This document shows positions 1 through 13,438 of a DNA stretch of 64,000 bases, piece after piece. Under the pieces are notes generated by a model, which saw only the letters and a program-made list of their open reading frames with translations, did no database searches and was not told where the DNA came from. A program made the translations under genes and the position numbers. Source of the stretch: Adineta vaga (Eukaryota > Animalia > Rotifera); NCBI GenBank assembly GCA_021613535.1, contig CP075494.1:10850001-10914000 (forward strand), written 5' to 3'. The first letter of the stretch is position 1. Every line of letters starts with the position of its first letter.

Positions 1-1607
1 GCTGCCACATCATGGAATCAAACTTATATAAATCTTGGCAATAAATTTCTATCTCACACAACAGATAGGATTCTTACACAAATTCGAGATTTAATTGATT
101 TGAATGAAGTAAGAATCTATTTGATATGAAAATTAGCATCGAGAATCGTTTCCACTTTTTTCGATTGACAAATGGCGATCGATTATCACTGATCTGGTTG
201 AACGTACTCTAGCTTACTCAGTAAATAATATTAAAAACTTAAATTAAAATTTGTGACATACTTCATAGCCAAATATTAATCAAGATTTACTTGTTGCGAA
301 TGTTTCTGAAAAGATTTTTAATGATTATCGATTTATTGTAAGAAGCAATCAGCAAAAATGACTATTGACTTTGGATATCTAGACAAAAGATGTGAATAAA
401 ACCTATGAACAAAATATCAATGAAGTTTTTAATCAATACAAAAACACAATTTCTTCGCGAGCAGCAAGTGGTGATGTAAGTTGTATTATCAATTGATCGT
501 GATGAGTATTGCTAAATTATAGATGCCTGAGCAATGCGTTAAAGAAGTTGTTTGTGCAATAGAACAATTTAAATCTCGTCTCTTAGCTCGAACAGGAAAA
601 GTAGGATGATAAGGAAAGTCGACGAAATTACCTCTGTTTTATCTAGATGGTACAAGAAAATATGCCGAAAGAAATAATGAAATCTATCGAAATTGGTTTA
701 GAAAAAAGTGGAACTGTAAATATTTTGACGATAATAAAAAAGAAAGCTTCAGTTTTATATTCTTCAAGGATCCTAAAAAAGCAGATTTGATAAAGAATGA
801 TCTCAAACAACTATTGAATAATCTATCACATGATAAAGAATTTGTATATTAGTTATTAATTGATCCTTTATGTTGATAATATTCTATTTTAGAATCAATT
901 AGATCCTCATACAAAAGCGGGTATAAATGATTTTATTTCGATTAGATTCTTTCATATTGATTGATTATCTAGCAGTTATCCAGTCACATGTAGAAAAGAT
1001 GGTTTTGAAGAAATATAATAATGATCAAGTAGTTCTTTTTCTCCAACAATTGAGCTTTTGAAAAGCATTTTCTTTTTCTTTAAATTAGAAAGTACCGACA
1101 ATTCTCAATGAAGTTCAATCAGCAATGTTACCATCGATTCAAAGTCAAATTGAACAATCCAAACAGAATGAAACACAACAACAAGAAAAAGCAGATAATT
1201 CTATATCTCATTTACAACGAACTGCAAGTGATCATTCAACTTATGATACAAGTTCTCCAGTAGATAAAGTAACTCTTAGATACATTAAAATTCGATTTAC
1301 TTTTTTTCAATCAGAAACATCATCGACGAATGCCACATAATCCTAGAAATCCATCTCATCGAAAAGAACACAAGAACTCAAGGTAATCAATTTAGGTTTT
1401 TTTTTCTAAAATTTAATGCTAGAATATCATGATATTTTAGACAACAAATATTGAATACTTCTAGTCCATTTACTGGTAAATAAATTTTCTTTTAAAAATC
1501 GATGAAACATTTCTCGTTTAGAATGTACTGATTATGATCCATATGGAAATTATGATAAATACAAAGCAAAACGTTTACATGAAAATAAACAAAACATTGT
1601 CTATTAA
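1..1607 (+). CDS. 3' part of a multi-exon gene of unknown function (truncated by window start)
   Basis: Chain of short exons with GT-AG introns; phases traced for the last exons, ending ...YDKYKAKRLHENKQNIVY-TAA at 1605-1607. ORF 1125-1340 overlaps one exon. No domain recognised. Confidence 0.6.
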
Positions 1608-1640
1608 ATCCTCTTCGTTTTCTTTTCATATAAAAATCTT

Positions 1641-3760
1641 TCAGATTGCATCAACACGACATACAATCACTAGAATATCATCTCGACCATTTGCTATATA
1701 TCCTAAAATCAGCAAAGAAAGAAATTTTATTAATAAAAAATAAGTTCAATATACCGTCAACTGCTTGACTAAGAAGATCATCAGCTAAATCTTGTAAATG
1801 CTACAAAAGACGTTTTGAAACAAATGATTTCTCTTCATACGAAAGAATCAATTACTTTATTAGTATTTCGTTCGATAATTTCTTGTAATTGATCAGTTTT
1901 GATAACATCCCATAAACCATCGGAAGATAAGATGATAATATCATCTTTTTGAACTTCGAATGTATCCAATGAACAATCTCGTAAGACTTCACTAAAATTT
2001 GATTTAGTTTTCGATATATAGATTCATATAAATACTTTCTATAACTCACTTTTCATTAATAAAACATGGTACACCAAGTGACCCATTTACAGCAAATAAT
2101 TGTCGTGGTCCGCAACCATTTGAATTCATCGTACTTTTTGATCGACGATAGATTTGATTATTTCGATAGATAACAAAGCCACTATCACCAATATTTAATG
2201 TTGTTAATGTTTTCTTCTGCTTATCAAGAGCCAATAAACATAATGTACTACTACCTCGAATACGGCTTGCTTCAACTTGTTGCATTGCCGAAAGAATAAG
2301 TCGTGGTAGTTGATTGGGTGGTACGTTAGATTGACGAAGAATACCTCGACAAGAAGCAAGAATAGCTCGAGAAAAATCAGCTGGATTTATTCCGAGAGAT
2401 CGATTACCACCAGCACCATCAGCGAGTCCTTCATTTTTCAAAACATTTCATTGATTTTTATTTCTCTTTATTTTACTTACCAACAAAACAATAATCTCGA
2501 TTTTCGACGAACATTCCTGCATCATCACCAAAATCTCCATTGATTAAATTCAAATTTGATAATGGCAATTCGCCACGCATCGATTTCGATGCACCATTGA
2601 CAGCAATACGAAAACAGAATTTTGTATTGGCCGTTGCTGGATAGACTCGTTCATGAACAATTTGTCCATTACGTTCATGATAAGTACTTGTTTTAGGTGA
2701 TTTACGTTTTACTGCTGGTGGATTTCTGTTCTGAACAAGTTTCTCAGCATGTGCATCAACGCGTGTATTATATTGTTTATTAGATAACCAAGTTTCATCA
2801 TAGGTTATTTTAGGTTCAGCACGAAATGATGTAAATCCTGATGGATGTCGACGATTACTTTGTGGATAGATATTTTCTTGACTATTTTCAGGATAATTTG
2901 AATAACGAACGAATTTACGTGTTAAACTACAATTAAAAAAGACATATTTGTTTATAAATATGTAAAATGAGGTTGTATATGAACGTATATTATGAATTTG
3001 TCGAGTTCTCTAGACTTGAGATATTACGTTGAGAAGAGACATGTACTAATATAGAAATTTGTGTTTCAAATGTGTGTCTCGACAAATAATTTTACGCAGG
3101 TAAAATTTTTATAACATATATCTATGACGAGTAAAAACTAATCGCAAAATAATGAGAAAATTCTTTTAAGAACTATAAGAACAATCTATGATTTTGACCT
3201 TACCGTACACGTTATCACTGAATAAATACAATTGAACAAAATATGAAGGAGAAATTTTTACATTTGATCAAAAGATAATTCACAATGACTCCTCCTTATA
3301 ACATTCATTTGTATACATGTCCTTTCCATCAGATCAATCAATGAGATATGTTATAAATTCTTCTAATAACTTTCTGACATAAATAATCAGTACATTTCAT
3401 CTCGATATATAATGAACTAATGATGACAGTCTTCAAATTCATAAAGACTAATTATTCAATCATTCTTTAATAAGAACATTAACCATTCGATTTATTCCGA
3501 ATGAAAATTTTCTCTTGTTTTTACTAAAATAAAATTCCTATTACTTACGATTGTTCACTACTGGTTGCTGAATCATGATTATAATTGTTCCGTGTAATTG
3601 TTTTGGTTGCATTTACCATGTATGTTCTCATAACACCATTAAATTTTCTCTGATTATTTGTGATCGATTTTGATCCACAAAAGAATGGTGTTTTCTGAGA
3701 ATTCATTGGTATTTGTCGTCCTTTTCTGTAATATTGTGTTAAATCTTTGATTCGATCCAT
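1641..3760 (-). CDS. PPTC7: PP2C-family phosphatase, PTC7/PPTC7-like, with long N-terminal extension
   Basis: Spliced motifs GDFGDDAG, LADGAGG..GINPADFS, GSSTLC, NIGDSGF, IILSSDGLWD, GRDDILVIVCRV. ORF 3545-3760 is the probable exon 1: its phase-2 GTAAGT donor at 3548 joins in frame to the acceptor at 2927. Stop TGA at 1641-1643. Confidence 0.8.
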
Positions 3761-3973
3761 CGAATATCAAACTTTAGACCTAGATGCCCTTGTACTCTCA
3801 CTTTCGATCTCTTCCTCCTTTCGTATTACTTATCGAATGAATATACATGCAATCGATCAAAATATATGAACCTTTTGCGCTTCATCGCACACGCATATCA
3901 ATATGTAAAAAGTTTACATCATCAATTTAGAACAAAAAAAAAGAAAGAGAAACGAACACAAAAAATCGAATCG

Positions 3974-6318
3974 CTAAACTTTTGAGCGTAATGACATATC
4001 CGCATTTGTCCATCGAATCATATAGAAATTTTTCTTCCCTATAGAATATATATATATATATAAATGAATTTGCTATTGAACTTAGTTTGTCATCTTACCA
4101 ATACGTATGACAGTAATCATATTCGGAAGAATATGAACACCAAAAACGAGTACGGCTTGAGGATTCGATAATTTTTTATGATTGACATAAACACCACCAT
4201 CATTAATAACTTTGAGGGCAACGGATTGATTTGAAAAACATTTTGCTGACATGCATACATCGAGTAATGTTAATTCTAAATGGAAAGAAATTATGTTTTT
4301 GTAAAATGAAAGAAGAAAATTACCTGGATTGAGATCCATTTGTATAGTTGGAACACTAGTAGATAGACCATCAATTTCTCTCTCAGTTAAATTATGAAGT
4401 AAATCAATATTTTGTGCAAACATTGCTTGAGTACTACGAATAGCAGATTCAAGTCCTTTGTCTACAATGAGAGACGTGTTTGATTGATGAATATGAAGCG
4501 AAAAAAAGACATTACCTCCATGAACTAATAGTGTGATCTGTTTCGATAATTTGATCTGAGCTGCATACTCATGAGGTTTACTCTGAAATGAATATTGTCA
4601 TTTTTCGCAATGAACAAAATCAACTCATACTCGATGTATTTCCATTAGTTGTTGAATTTCATTCAATGGAAGAAATGTAAACATCTTCAGATATTCTTCG
4701 ACCTTTGTATCAGGTGTATTGCGAAAATACTGAATAGAAAAACAAGAGTATATTTATATTCAACATGAATAGATAAAACTTACTTGATAACATTCGTAAG
4801 GTGAAGAAAGATTTTCATCAATCCATACAGCATTTCCCATACTTTTACCTAATTTTTCGCCATTTTCATTTGTTATTAGTGGTACAGTAACACCTAGTGA
4901 AATGAAAGAAATAGTTTTTTTTCTAAATGAAAACAATCAAAATGAGACATACCATAACTGTCTTCTTCGAAATTTGTCATACGTGAGATGAAATCGTGAC
5001 CTGTCCGCATATTACCTATTTGATCAACACCACCAAGCTAAAACAAGATTATCATCTACATTAAATTCATCGTAATAAAACTCTATCATATCAACGATTA
5101 CACATAGATTGTTTTTTTTAAGATGAAATCTATTCCGTGAAATATGCATGAAACAAGCGTTCCATTAGTATGTCTAACAATAAAATCACAAAAGAATGAA
5201 CTCTACACTCTTAATCTCAATTGAATTTTGTTTTAAAATATATGTATGATTAATTATCTACCTGAAAACGACAATTATATTGTTTGAATAGACAATACCA
5301 ATCATATGCTTGATAAAGTTGATAACTAAATTCATTATATCCTAATCCATCATGCGATGTTTCCAAACGAGTTTTTATTCTGAAAAAACAATTCATCATT
5401 TGATTCGGCAAAAAACAAAAAAAAGAAACTCAATTTTCGTAATGAACACTTACACTTTTCGTGAAAGTAATGGATTCATTCGAAAATGTGGTCCATACGT
5501 TGATACAAATGTAATTGTATTTATATTTTCATAGAATGATAGATTGTTCACTACCCTTTTCAAATACACAAATAAAAACAAATTAAAACCAAAAACAGAT
5601 AAACATACGTTAGAGGTCGTAATTTCTTTTGTTGATCTTTCCAAAAATATTTTTCATGATTAGCAAATATCAATTGAATTAATCGTTCGATATTCTCGGT
5701 ATTCGAAACAATATCTTCGTTACTTAAATGTTGCTTACGTTCATTTAATCGACCGGATGGATCACCAATTAATACTGTGGCACTGCCTAACTAAATTAAA
5801 CAAAAATAATATCACACCCTCAATATGAATATCAATCTATAAGAACTCTAATAGGATTTTTAAATTCTAGATCGAAGTTATTCATTCATTGTGATTAATT
5901 GTAAATATTCTTACGAGTGCAATTGGTTGATGACCAGCACGTTGCCAATGAAGTAATCCGATCAAACCTATATGAAAACTTCAGCATTTTATCCATTTTA
6001 TCAATAACTGATCGCATTCACTCACCAACTAAATTTCCAACATGTAATGATCTCGCTGTTGGATCAAATCCACAGTAGATCGTCTGTTTTTTTGATTTGA
6101 CTAATTTTCTTAGATTATCACTAAATATAATCGATGCCGTTTTCTTCTTCTTCTAGATTCGAATGCAAAACTTACTCAACTTCAGCAAGATTATCACAAA
6201 AAAATCCACGTTCTTGTAATTTAAATATATCAGTCGTTTCACTAGATAAATATCTTTTAGATATTGAATAGGAACGTATCAATGAACGTTTTATTAGAAG
6301 ATTTAACATCTTGAACAT
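3974..6318 (-). CDS. YARS2: Mitochondrial tyrosyl-tRNA synthetase
   Basis: [16 protein letters not shown] (HIGH-type), [23 protein letters not shown] (KMSKS-type), C-terminal S4-like domain (GGVYVN..RIGKKNFY), basic N-terminal transit-like peptide [18 protein letters not shown]. Confidence 0.93.
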
Positions 6319-6593
6319 GAGAAAAAAAGAAATAGAATGAAAATTTTCTTCATTAGTTTATAAATTTATCTCTTTTCAAATTATTCTTCTTGATTTCTTC
6401 CTCTATATTACTTTTGATTGGTTGATGATGATGAAGTCCATAAGGAAAGAAAAATGGCACGTGCACTCCAATGACAGAAATGCGTCATGAGACTAGAAGG
6501 AATCACGCACCCAGCAACGCGTCAGCCACGCAAACAATCGAGTCATTTTGATTCTTACATGACTTTCTATTGATTAAATTGAAATCTTTTATC
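6319..6593. promoter_or_regulatory. Probable bidirectional promoter (YARS2 / CBF-beta-like)
   Basis: Divergent start codons ~275 bp apart; locally GC-richer patch with CACGTG near 6458. Confidence 0.45.
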
Positions 6594-8814
6594 ATGCCGA
6601 TTGAAATTGGTCTTTTATCAACTCAACAAGATTCGTTCGAACATCACGAAGAATTAAGTAAATTACTCAATGAAACAGATGTAAAAATAGATATTTATTT
6701 ATATTTCATAAGTTATTACGTCATTTTGTTTCGTTTTTCTTTTCCTAAAAGGTCTTCTATGTTCCATTACGAAATGAATTAACTGAAAACAATTTAAATA
6801 TATATCGTGATCTAACTGATTTAAATAAACGTTTCGATGAAGATCTTCTTAATAAACATTTAGTTGTTGTAAGTAAAAACTGTCAAAAGAATTGTCATTT
6901 TTCGTATTTCATTCAATTTAGACATTTCGGGATATTGGTTATTCGTTATTTCTTGATTCAGTCAAAAGTATTCCCGATGAAAATGATCAATCAAAAGTAA
7001 CGTAATGAATCTTTATTTCTTTCATTTCATTTCATTATTCATTATTTAGATACGTGTTTCAGGCAAGATGATTGTTGATGGTATATGTATTCAATTCTTT
7101 GGATGTTTTGATTATAAACATACTGATCAAAAACATTCCGATAGCCATAGCGTACAAATCAATGGTGTTGGACGCGTAGAATTGGATGAAGGATATTATC
7201 GAGAATTATCATCAACACAAGTTTGTTAAAACAATTTATGAAACATTTTTTTAATCACAAGATTTTATTTTCTGTAGATTTCATTTGAACATGAAATTAA
7301 AGATGAGGAAGAAACGAAGATAAAACCAGTTATTAAATCTAAAACTCGACAACAAACAGCAAAATTAAAAGAACGAACTGAAACTAATCGATCTAAAACA
7401 CGAACAACTAGTGAAATAGTTACATCGAAAGAACAGACTAGTCGTTCAAAAAGTCCACCACCACCACCACCTATTTCTCTTTCATCACAATCACATATAT
7501 CTACTTCAACATCACGGCCACGAACACATTCACCAATTCATATGCCATATCCACTTCGATCACCACGAATCAAACAACATCGTACATCATCACCAGTACA
7601 CTTTTCAAATTCATCTACATCAAGAATTTCAGGTAAATTATCAACATTTTTTCATGATACATGTTCTGTATTTCTAACAATCTTACGTGACAATATGTAG
7701 AGAATGATTCTTTAATAATGCAAAATCCTAGATAGCAGATAATTTCAAAATATTACAGTTGAAGATTCCAATCTTTAGAATCATGACTCTACTCAGAAGA
7801 TTAGTCTAAAAATCGAGGGAAAACAATGAAATTTGATCCACTACACATTCAGTTAAAAGTTGATATAAAAGATAAAAATTCAATACCATGTGAATTAAAT
7901 ACTAGAAAGAGCTATATCTCTCTTATCTGATGATCAATATGTAACATATGAATAGTATGTAGGGTGAAATGTTGCGAGAATTTCTTTATAATCATCTTTT
8001 TGTTCAATAGAATTGATCCATTTAAAAATGAAAGTACTATATTTTCTTTGCAGAAGTTCATCCATCTCTTCTTTCCACTGGTGGTTCATCACTATATTCA
8101 GACTATTCTCAAACAAATTCTTCATCAACTATATCGCAATCAATCGAATATTCTCAAACTCCTCGCATTCAAATTCTTTCTCATTCACCTCATTTTTCTT
8201 CTTCTACTATTGGTCAACAAACTATGCCAATACAAATTCCAACATCGCCAAATATTGGTTTTCCTCCTGCATCATTACCACAACTAACCAGTCTCTTTCC
8301 AATGCCACAATCTCAATCATTACCAACTTATATACTTCCAAATCTCGCTTATATCGCAACATCAACTACGAATCCATCTGGAACACCATTTGATTTGTCA
8401 TCCTTAACTGGTAATACAAGTGTATTATTAATTGCAAATCCTAATCAACATCCTACACAACCAATACATATATTGACACCCATTGATCATCGTTCATTAC
8501 AATTTGCACATTATACAACAACATCTCTATTCACTCATCCTCCTCCGCCACCGCCACCTTCAAACACACAAGTACCTACACGTGTAAGCAATATTCTTCA
8601 ACCAACATTACCGAACGATGCGATGTCTATGCTACAAAATAAACGACACGAAAATGAAGAAGATAAACAAGTTCAACAACAAATTGAGCCAACTAAACAA
8701 TCTACTGAACAATTACCATTTAAAAAACGACGTTATACTGGTCAACAAATACGAATGGCTACTGTTCATAATGATGATGATGATGAAGTATCTGATGAAT
8801 CTGTGAAAAAGTAA
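6594..8814 (+). CDS. CBFB: Divergent core-binding factor beta (CBF-beta/Big brother)-like protein with long Ser/Pro/Thr-rich C-terminal tail
   Basis: Spliced N-terminus MPIEIGLLSTQQDSFEHHEELSKLLNETDVFYVPLRN resembles MPRVVPDQRSKFENEEFFRKLSRECEIKYTGFRD. KIRVSGKMIVDGICIQFFGCFD..INGVGRVELDE resembles KVYLKAPMILNGVCVIWKGWID..LDGMGCLEFDE. The last exon (from ~8053) is in frame with ORF 8224-8814. Confidence 0.7.
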
Positions 8815-9257
8815 TTCTGTTTTCAATAAGTTTTCTATTTACGTTATTTATTCATTCATTTCATTTTTCTTTTGTACATAGTGTGTGTTTCTCTAAGTCA
8901 TTTTATTTTATTTTTTCTTCTTTTGAGTGAATCATTTTCCTTTGTTATTCAGAGCAATCAATACATATATATATATATTTTATTTTTTTATTTTTATGTA
9001 CATACGTATATCTATACATACATGTATAAATATTTTTTTGACAATTTGTCTGATGTAATGAGTTATGCTTCTATCAAGAAGGAGTAATTGTGAGACCGGT
9101 GTATAAATTAAACAAGAAAGTGATAATATTTTTTTTTCAGATTTGTTGTAGAACGAATTGAGCATGGATAAAACGCATGATAAGTTCAAATAATGGAATA
9201 AATACGAAGAATCTTTATTTCAGATTTCTTTTTTTTTTAAATTGAAAAAATAAATTC

Positions 9258-10228
9258 ATGTCATCAGCATCTGTTAAATATCTTGTTGTTATTATTGATC
9301 TAAATCCATTCTATTGGGCTGATAAAGTATCGTCATCGACAACATTAAATTTCAAACAATATCTTAATATTATTATTCAATTTTGTAATGCATATATTGC
9401 TTTTGATATCAATCATCGTTTGATAATCATCGGTTGTTCAAATAATGAAACACATTTTCTTTATCCTGATTTAACAAGTGAATATTTAATTATTCCAACA
9501 GTAACAAAAACTAATATGTTCGAACAATTATTCGTTGTTGATCGTGTTGTTGAAACTAATCTTAAAAATTTCATTCATGATGTTTCACCTGTCAATCCAT
9601 CGTCAGGTTCGATGATTACGATGGCATTGACACAAGCACTCTGTTATATCAATCGTTTGGTACGAGAAACATTAGCCGGAGAAAAGAATTTATTTCGAAT
9701 ATTAATCATTCAAACAACACATGATACATCCAAACAATATATGAATTTTATGAATGCAGTTTTTACATCGGAAAAACTCAATGTACCTATTGATGGTTGT
9801 ATACTCAATAATGATTCTAGTCTTTTACAACAAGCTTGTTAGTATTGTTGTTATTCGACATTCTAATCATCAAGATTTTCATCTGTTATTTTCTTTTCCT
9901 AGGTGATTTAACATCGGGAATTTATTTGCGTGTACCAGATCCGAATGGTTTATTACAATATTTACTATGGCTTTATTTAACTGACAAAGATGTTCGTAAA
10001 ATGCTTGCATTACCAACAAAAGTAGCTGTTGATTATCGTCCTGCATGTTTTTGTCATCATAAATTAATTGATACCGGTTATGTTTGCTCAGTATGTTTAT
10101 CTATTTATTGTGATAATACAACAACATGTTCAACATGTCGATCAGCATTTGATCCCAATAGTACACCAATGACAACATCGAACGGATCAAGTGATCCATC
10201 AAGACGACCACCAGCACCACCAAGATAA
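9258..10228 (+). CDS. GTF2H3: TFIIH subunit p34 (Tfb4)
   Basis: vWA-like domain ([46 protein letters not shown]) plus C-terminal zinc finger [21 protein letters not shown]; one intron at ~9838-9902. Confidence 0.95.
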
Positions 10229-10411
10229 AGAGATATATTGAATGAAACTGTTGTTTTTTTTTGTTCATTATTATTATACTTAATAGGAAAATACAGATAA
10301 TTTGATAGAATCTTAAAATGTATACATAATTAGGAAATATATTATTTCGATAACAGTTACTTAATTCAGCTTATGATCTTTTCATGTTTGTAGATATAGT
10401 AGATTTTAGTC

Positions 10412-13346
10412 ATGGCTACCGAAGTACCATTCCATACAGATAATACAGGTCTAGGTGATTTAGAGAGTGAACAACTCTATCTTGAGGTAGTATAAATTGC
10501 TATCGATCTCTTCACATATTCTTTTTGGGATATTTTAGGCTGCGAATATTTTACAAAAACTTCAATTAGATAAACCGGTCGAAGAAGATTGGTCTTTAGA
10601 TGATATGGAAGGTATGATTTAATTTTTTAAATATAAATTCATCTGTTTTCTTTTCTAGCTCATATCGAAGAAAATTTACAAGATCAATTTGTTCAAGAAG
10701 CACTTACACAAGTAACGAATTCTCATAAGAATATTTCATGAAATCATAATTGGAATTTTTAAGGATATTGATTTAGCTCAATACTCGGAACAAATCGAAG
10801 AAAAATTACAAACACATGAAAAAGCTTTTGTACAAGATTGTATGTTCTTTCTTTCTCTCTTGCTCTCTGTTCAATAAATGACTCGTTTTTCTTTGTATTA
10901 AAGTCATTAGTGAAGCAAATAATATTGCAAATCTTCATATGCAAATTACATCATGTGATAAAATTCTTGAAGTATACATTATTTTACGTAGGAAAATGCT
11001 TTATCATTTCTGCGTTGAATTTTTCTAGTCAATGGATCATATGTTGAGAAATTTCCAAAACAATTTAGCAAATATTAGTAATGAAATTCGTCATTTACAA
11101 CAATATTCGGCTGAATTGAATATTAAGAAAAAGAATCGAGAACTTGTTCGTGGACAATTAACTCAAGTTGTTGATGAAATGGTCGTACCACAATCTATGA
11201 TTCAGTAGGAATATTTGTCGATGAAATTCGTACGATTATCGTTCTTTTTCTAGAATTATAATGGATGTTCCAGTTACAGATCGACAATTTCTAGAACAAC
11301 TTCATGAACTAAGTCATAAGATCAAATTTGTTAAAGAACAATCTTTTCATGATGCGATTGCTTGTCAAGATGTGCAAGAAGTATTAGAAAAATTACGAAT
11401 TAAAGTAGGAATATATCTTGGAGAAGTTTCGTTTTTCATTCGATGAATTTTTCTTTCTAGACAATTAGTAAAATTCGTGAATTTATCCTACAGAGAATCT
11501 ATCAATTTCGTAAGCCAATGGCCAATTATGAATTGCCACAAAATGCTCTATTAGCAAATCGATTCTTCTATGAATTTCTACTAACAAATGATAGACAAAT
11601 AGCTGATGAAATTCGTCGAGAATATTTAGATACATTAAGTAAAGTTTATTTCTCCTATTTCAAAGCATATTCAACTAAACTAATGAAACTTCAAGTAAGA
11701 AAAATAAACTCATACGATAATGTATACTAAGTAATTATTTAACTCATCTAGTTGGATGAAAAACCTGATAAAGATGATATGCTTGGCGCGGATGATCGTC
11801 CTCGATCAAATCTTTCATTTTTCACTACAAGTGCTCGTGTAAGTAACAATCATTTCGTTCCGTTTTTATTTCTTCAAATTTGTTTGTTTTTTATTACAGC
11901 CGAATCTGAAACAACGTGCAACCGTGTTCAGTTTAGGTAATCGTGATTGTGTTTTGAAACAAGAACTTGAAGCACCTATTATTATTCCTCATGCTCAACA
12001 AAAGGCTGATGTCAAAGTAATGAAGAAAAAATTGATGTAGAAATTTTGTATATCAATCATTTTTCTCTTTAGTATCCATTTGAATATCTATTTCGGAGTG
12101 AACAATATGCTTTATTAGACAATTGTTGTCGAGAATATTTATTTTTATGTGACTTTTTTATGTTACAAAATCGAGCCGCACCGGAATTTTTCATGGAAAT
12201 ATTCGATAAAACTTTTAAATTAATCCTTAAAAACGTTGAAACTTACATCTCGGATTCCTTTGATCCAATCGCAATTTTACTCTGTATGCATCTAATTTAT
12301 CGATATCAAGTTATTGCAAATAAACGAAATGTTCCTATATTAAACAGGTAAAATTTACATGAATATTTCTTTCCGAAACTAAAATTCAAAATTTTCCATC
12401 TTAGATTCCATTCTTCATTGATTCAATTGTTTGAATATCGTTTTGATATAGTCATGAAAGCAAATATTGATAGTGTACAACGTGTTGAACCACATAAATT
12501 CTCTTCAATTGAATTGAATCCACATTTCGTAAGAACGATCTTTGAATCCAACGAGTTTAATGTAAAAATTACCTTTAGATTGTACGACGTTATGCAGAAT
12601 TTTCAGGTGCAGTTACAAGATTAAATGAAGAATTTTCTAATGAGAAAATATCTACATTAATGGTGCGATTACAAGCAGAAATTTTGAATTTAATTCTTCG
12701 TATGGCAAATGAATTTCCACAAAGAAAAGAACAGTTGATTTTTATTATTAATAATTATGATCTAATGCTATCAGTTTTAACTGTAGGAAATGAAATCTTA
12801 TGAAAAAATTGCTTCTATGGTATTTTCTAGGCATATACAAGTGAAGATTCTCCTGAATGTGATGCAGTTAAAGGTTTACTTCGTGATCGAATTGATGAAT
12901 ATGTGAGAGAAGTTTTAATTCCATATTTCTCTCCATTAATTTCTTTTGTTCGTGATAATGAACAAATTCTATCCACCAGTAATGTTAAACAATTAGAAAG
13001 TAGGTTTTATTTAATTGAAATTTTCTCTTCTCAAACATTTCTTCAAATAGATAAATTAACAATTATCAGTAAATTATTTACTGGTGATTTTAAGAAAACA
13101 TTTGATTTAATACATAATGATGTTATTCGTTCATTTCCATCTTTGAAATTAAGTCAACCTATTTTAAAAGAAGTTTTCACGCAATTTTTATCTTATTATC
13201 GCGATTTTCAACGTTTATTATCGAGTAATACAAATTTAATAACAGCATCATCGAATATTCCTCTTCCAAATCTTCATCAATTAATGGTCGAAATTAAAAA
13301 ATTCAAATTACCTTTCGATGGTGAACAATTCAAACCACGTTCTTAA
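10412..13346 (+). CDS. VPS52: GARP/EARP complex subunit Vps52
   Basis: ANLHMQITSCDKILE, LEKLRIKTISKIREFILQRIYQFRKPMANY, EYLDTLSKVYFSYF, YPFEYLFRS..ALLDNCCREYLF, PHFVVRRYAEF, FIINNYDL, HQLMVEIKKFK. Confidence 0.93.
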
Positions 13347-13438
13347 TATTGTTTATTTATTTATTTCTGTATGTCTTTAATGTCTGGTGTTCCTTTTTTT
13401 CTTGAGAAATAAAAAGAGATTTATTACAAATAACAAAG

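Noticed and set aside
2927-3042. Alternative PTC7 start at ATG 3042 with an in-frame TAG at codon 11 (readthrough or pseudogene)
   Set aside because: It lies inside the predicted intron; the upstream exon gives an intact frame without recoding.
3545-3760. Stand-alone 71-aa ORF whose start (MDRIKDL) recalls influenza PB2
   Set aside because: Similarity is limited to ~7 residues; the ORF is better explained as exon 1 of the PTC7-like gene.
7934-8393. Overlapping alternative-frame and antisense ORFs here and elsewhere (e.g. 22565-22936, 31271-31618, 54899-55147)
   Set aside because: Shadows of real exons or low-complexity sequence, many with non-ATG starts and no motifs.
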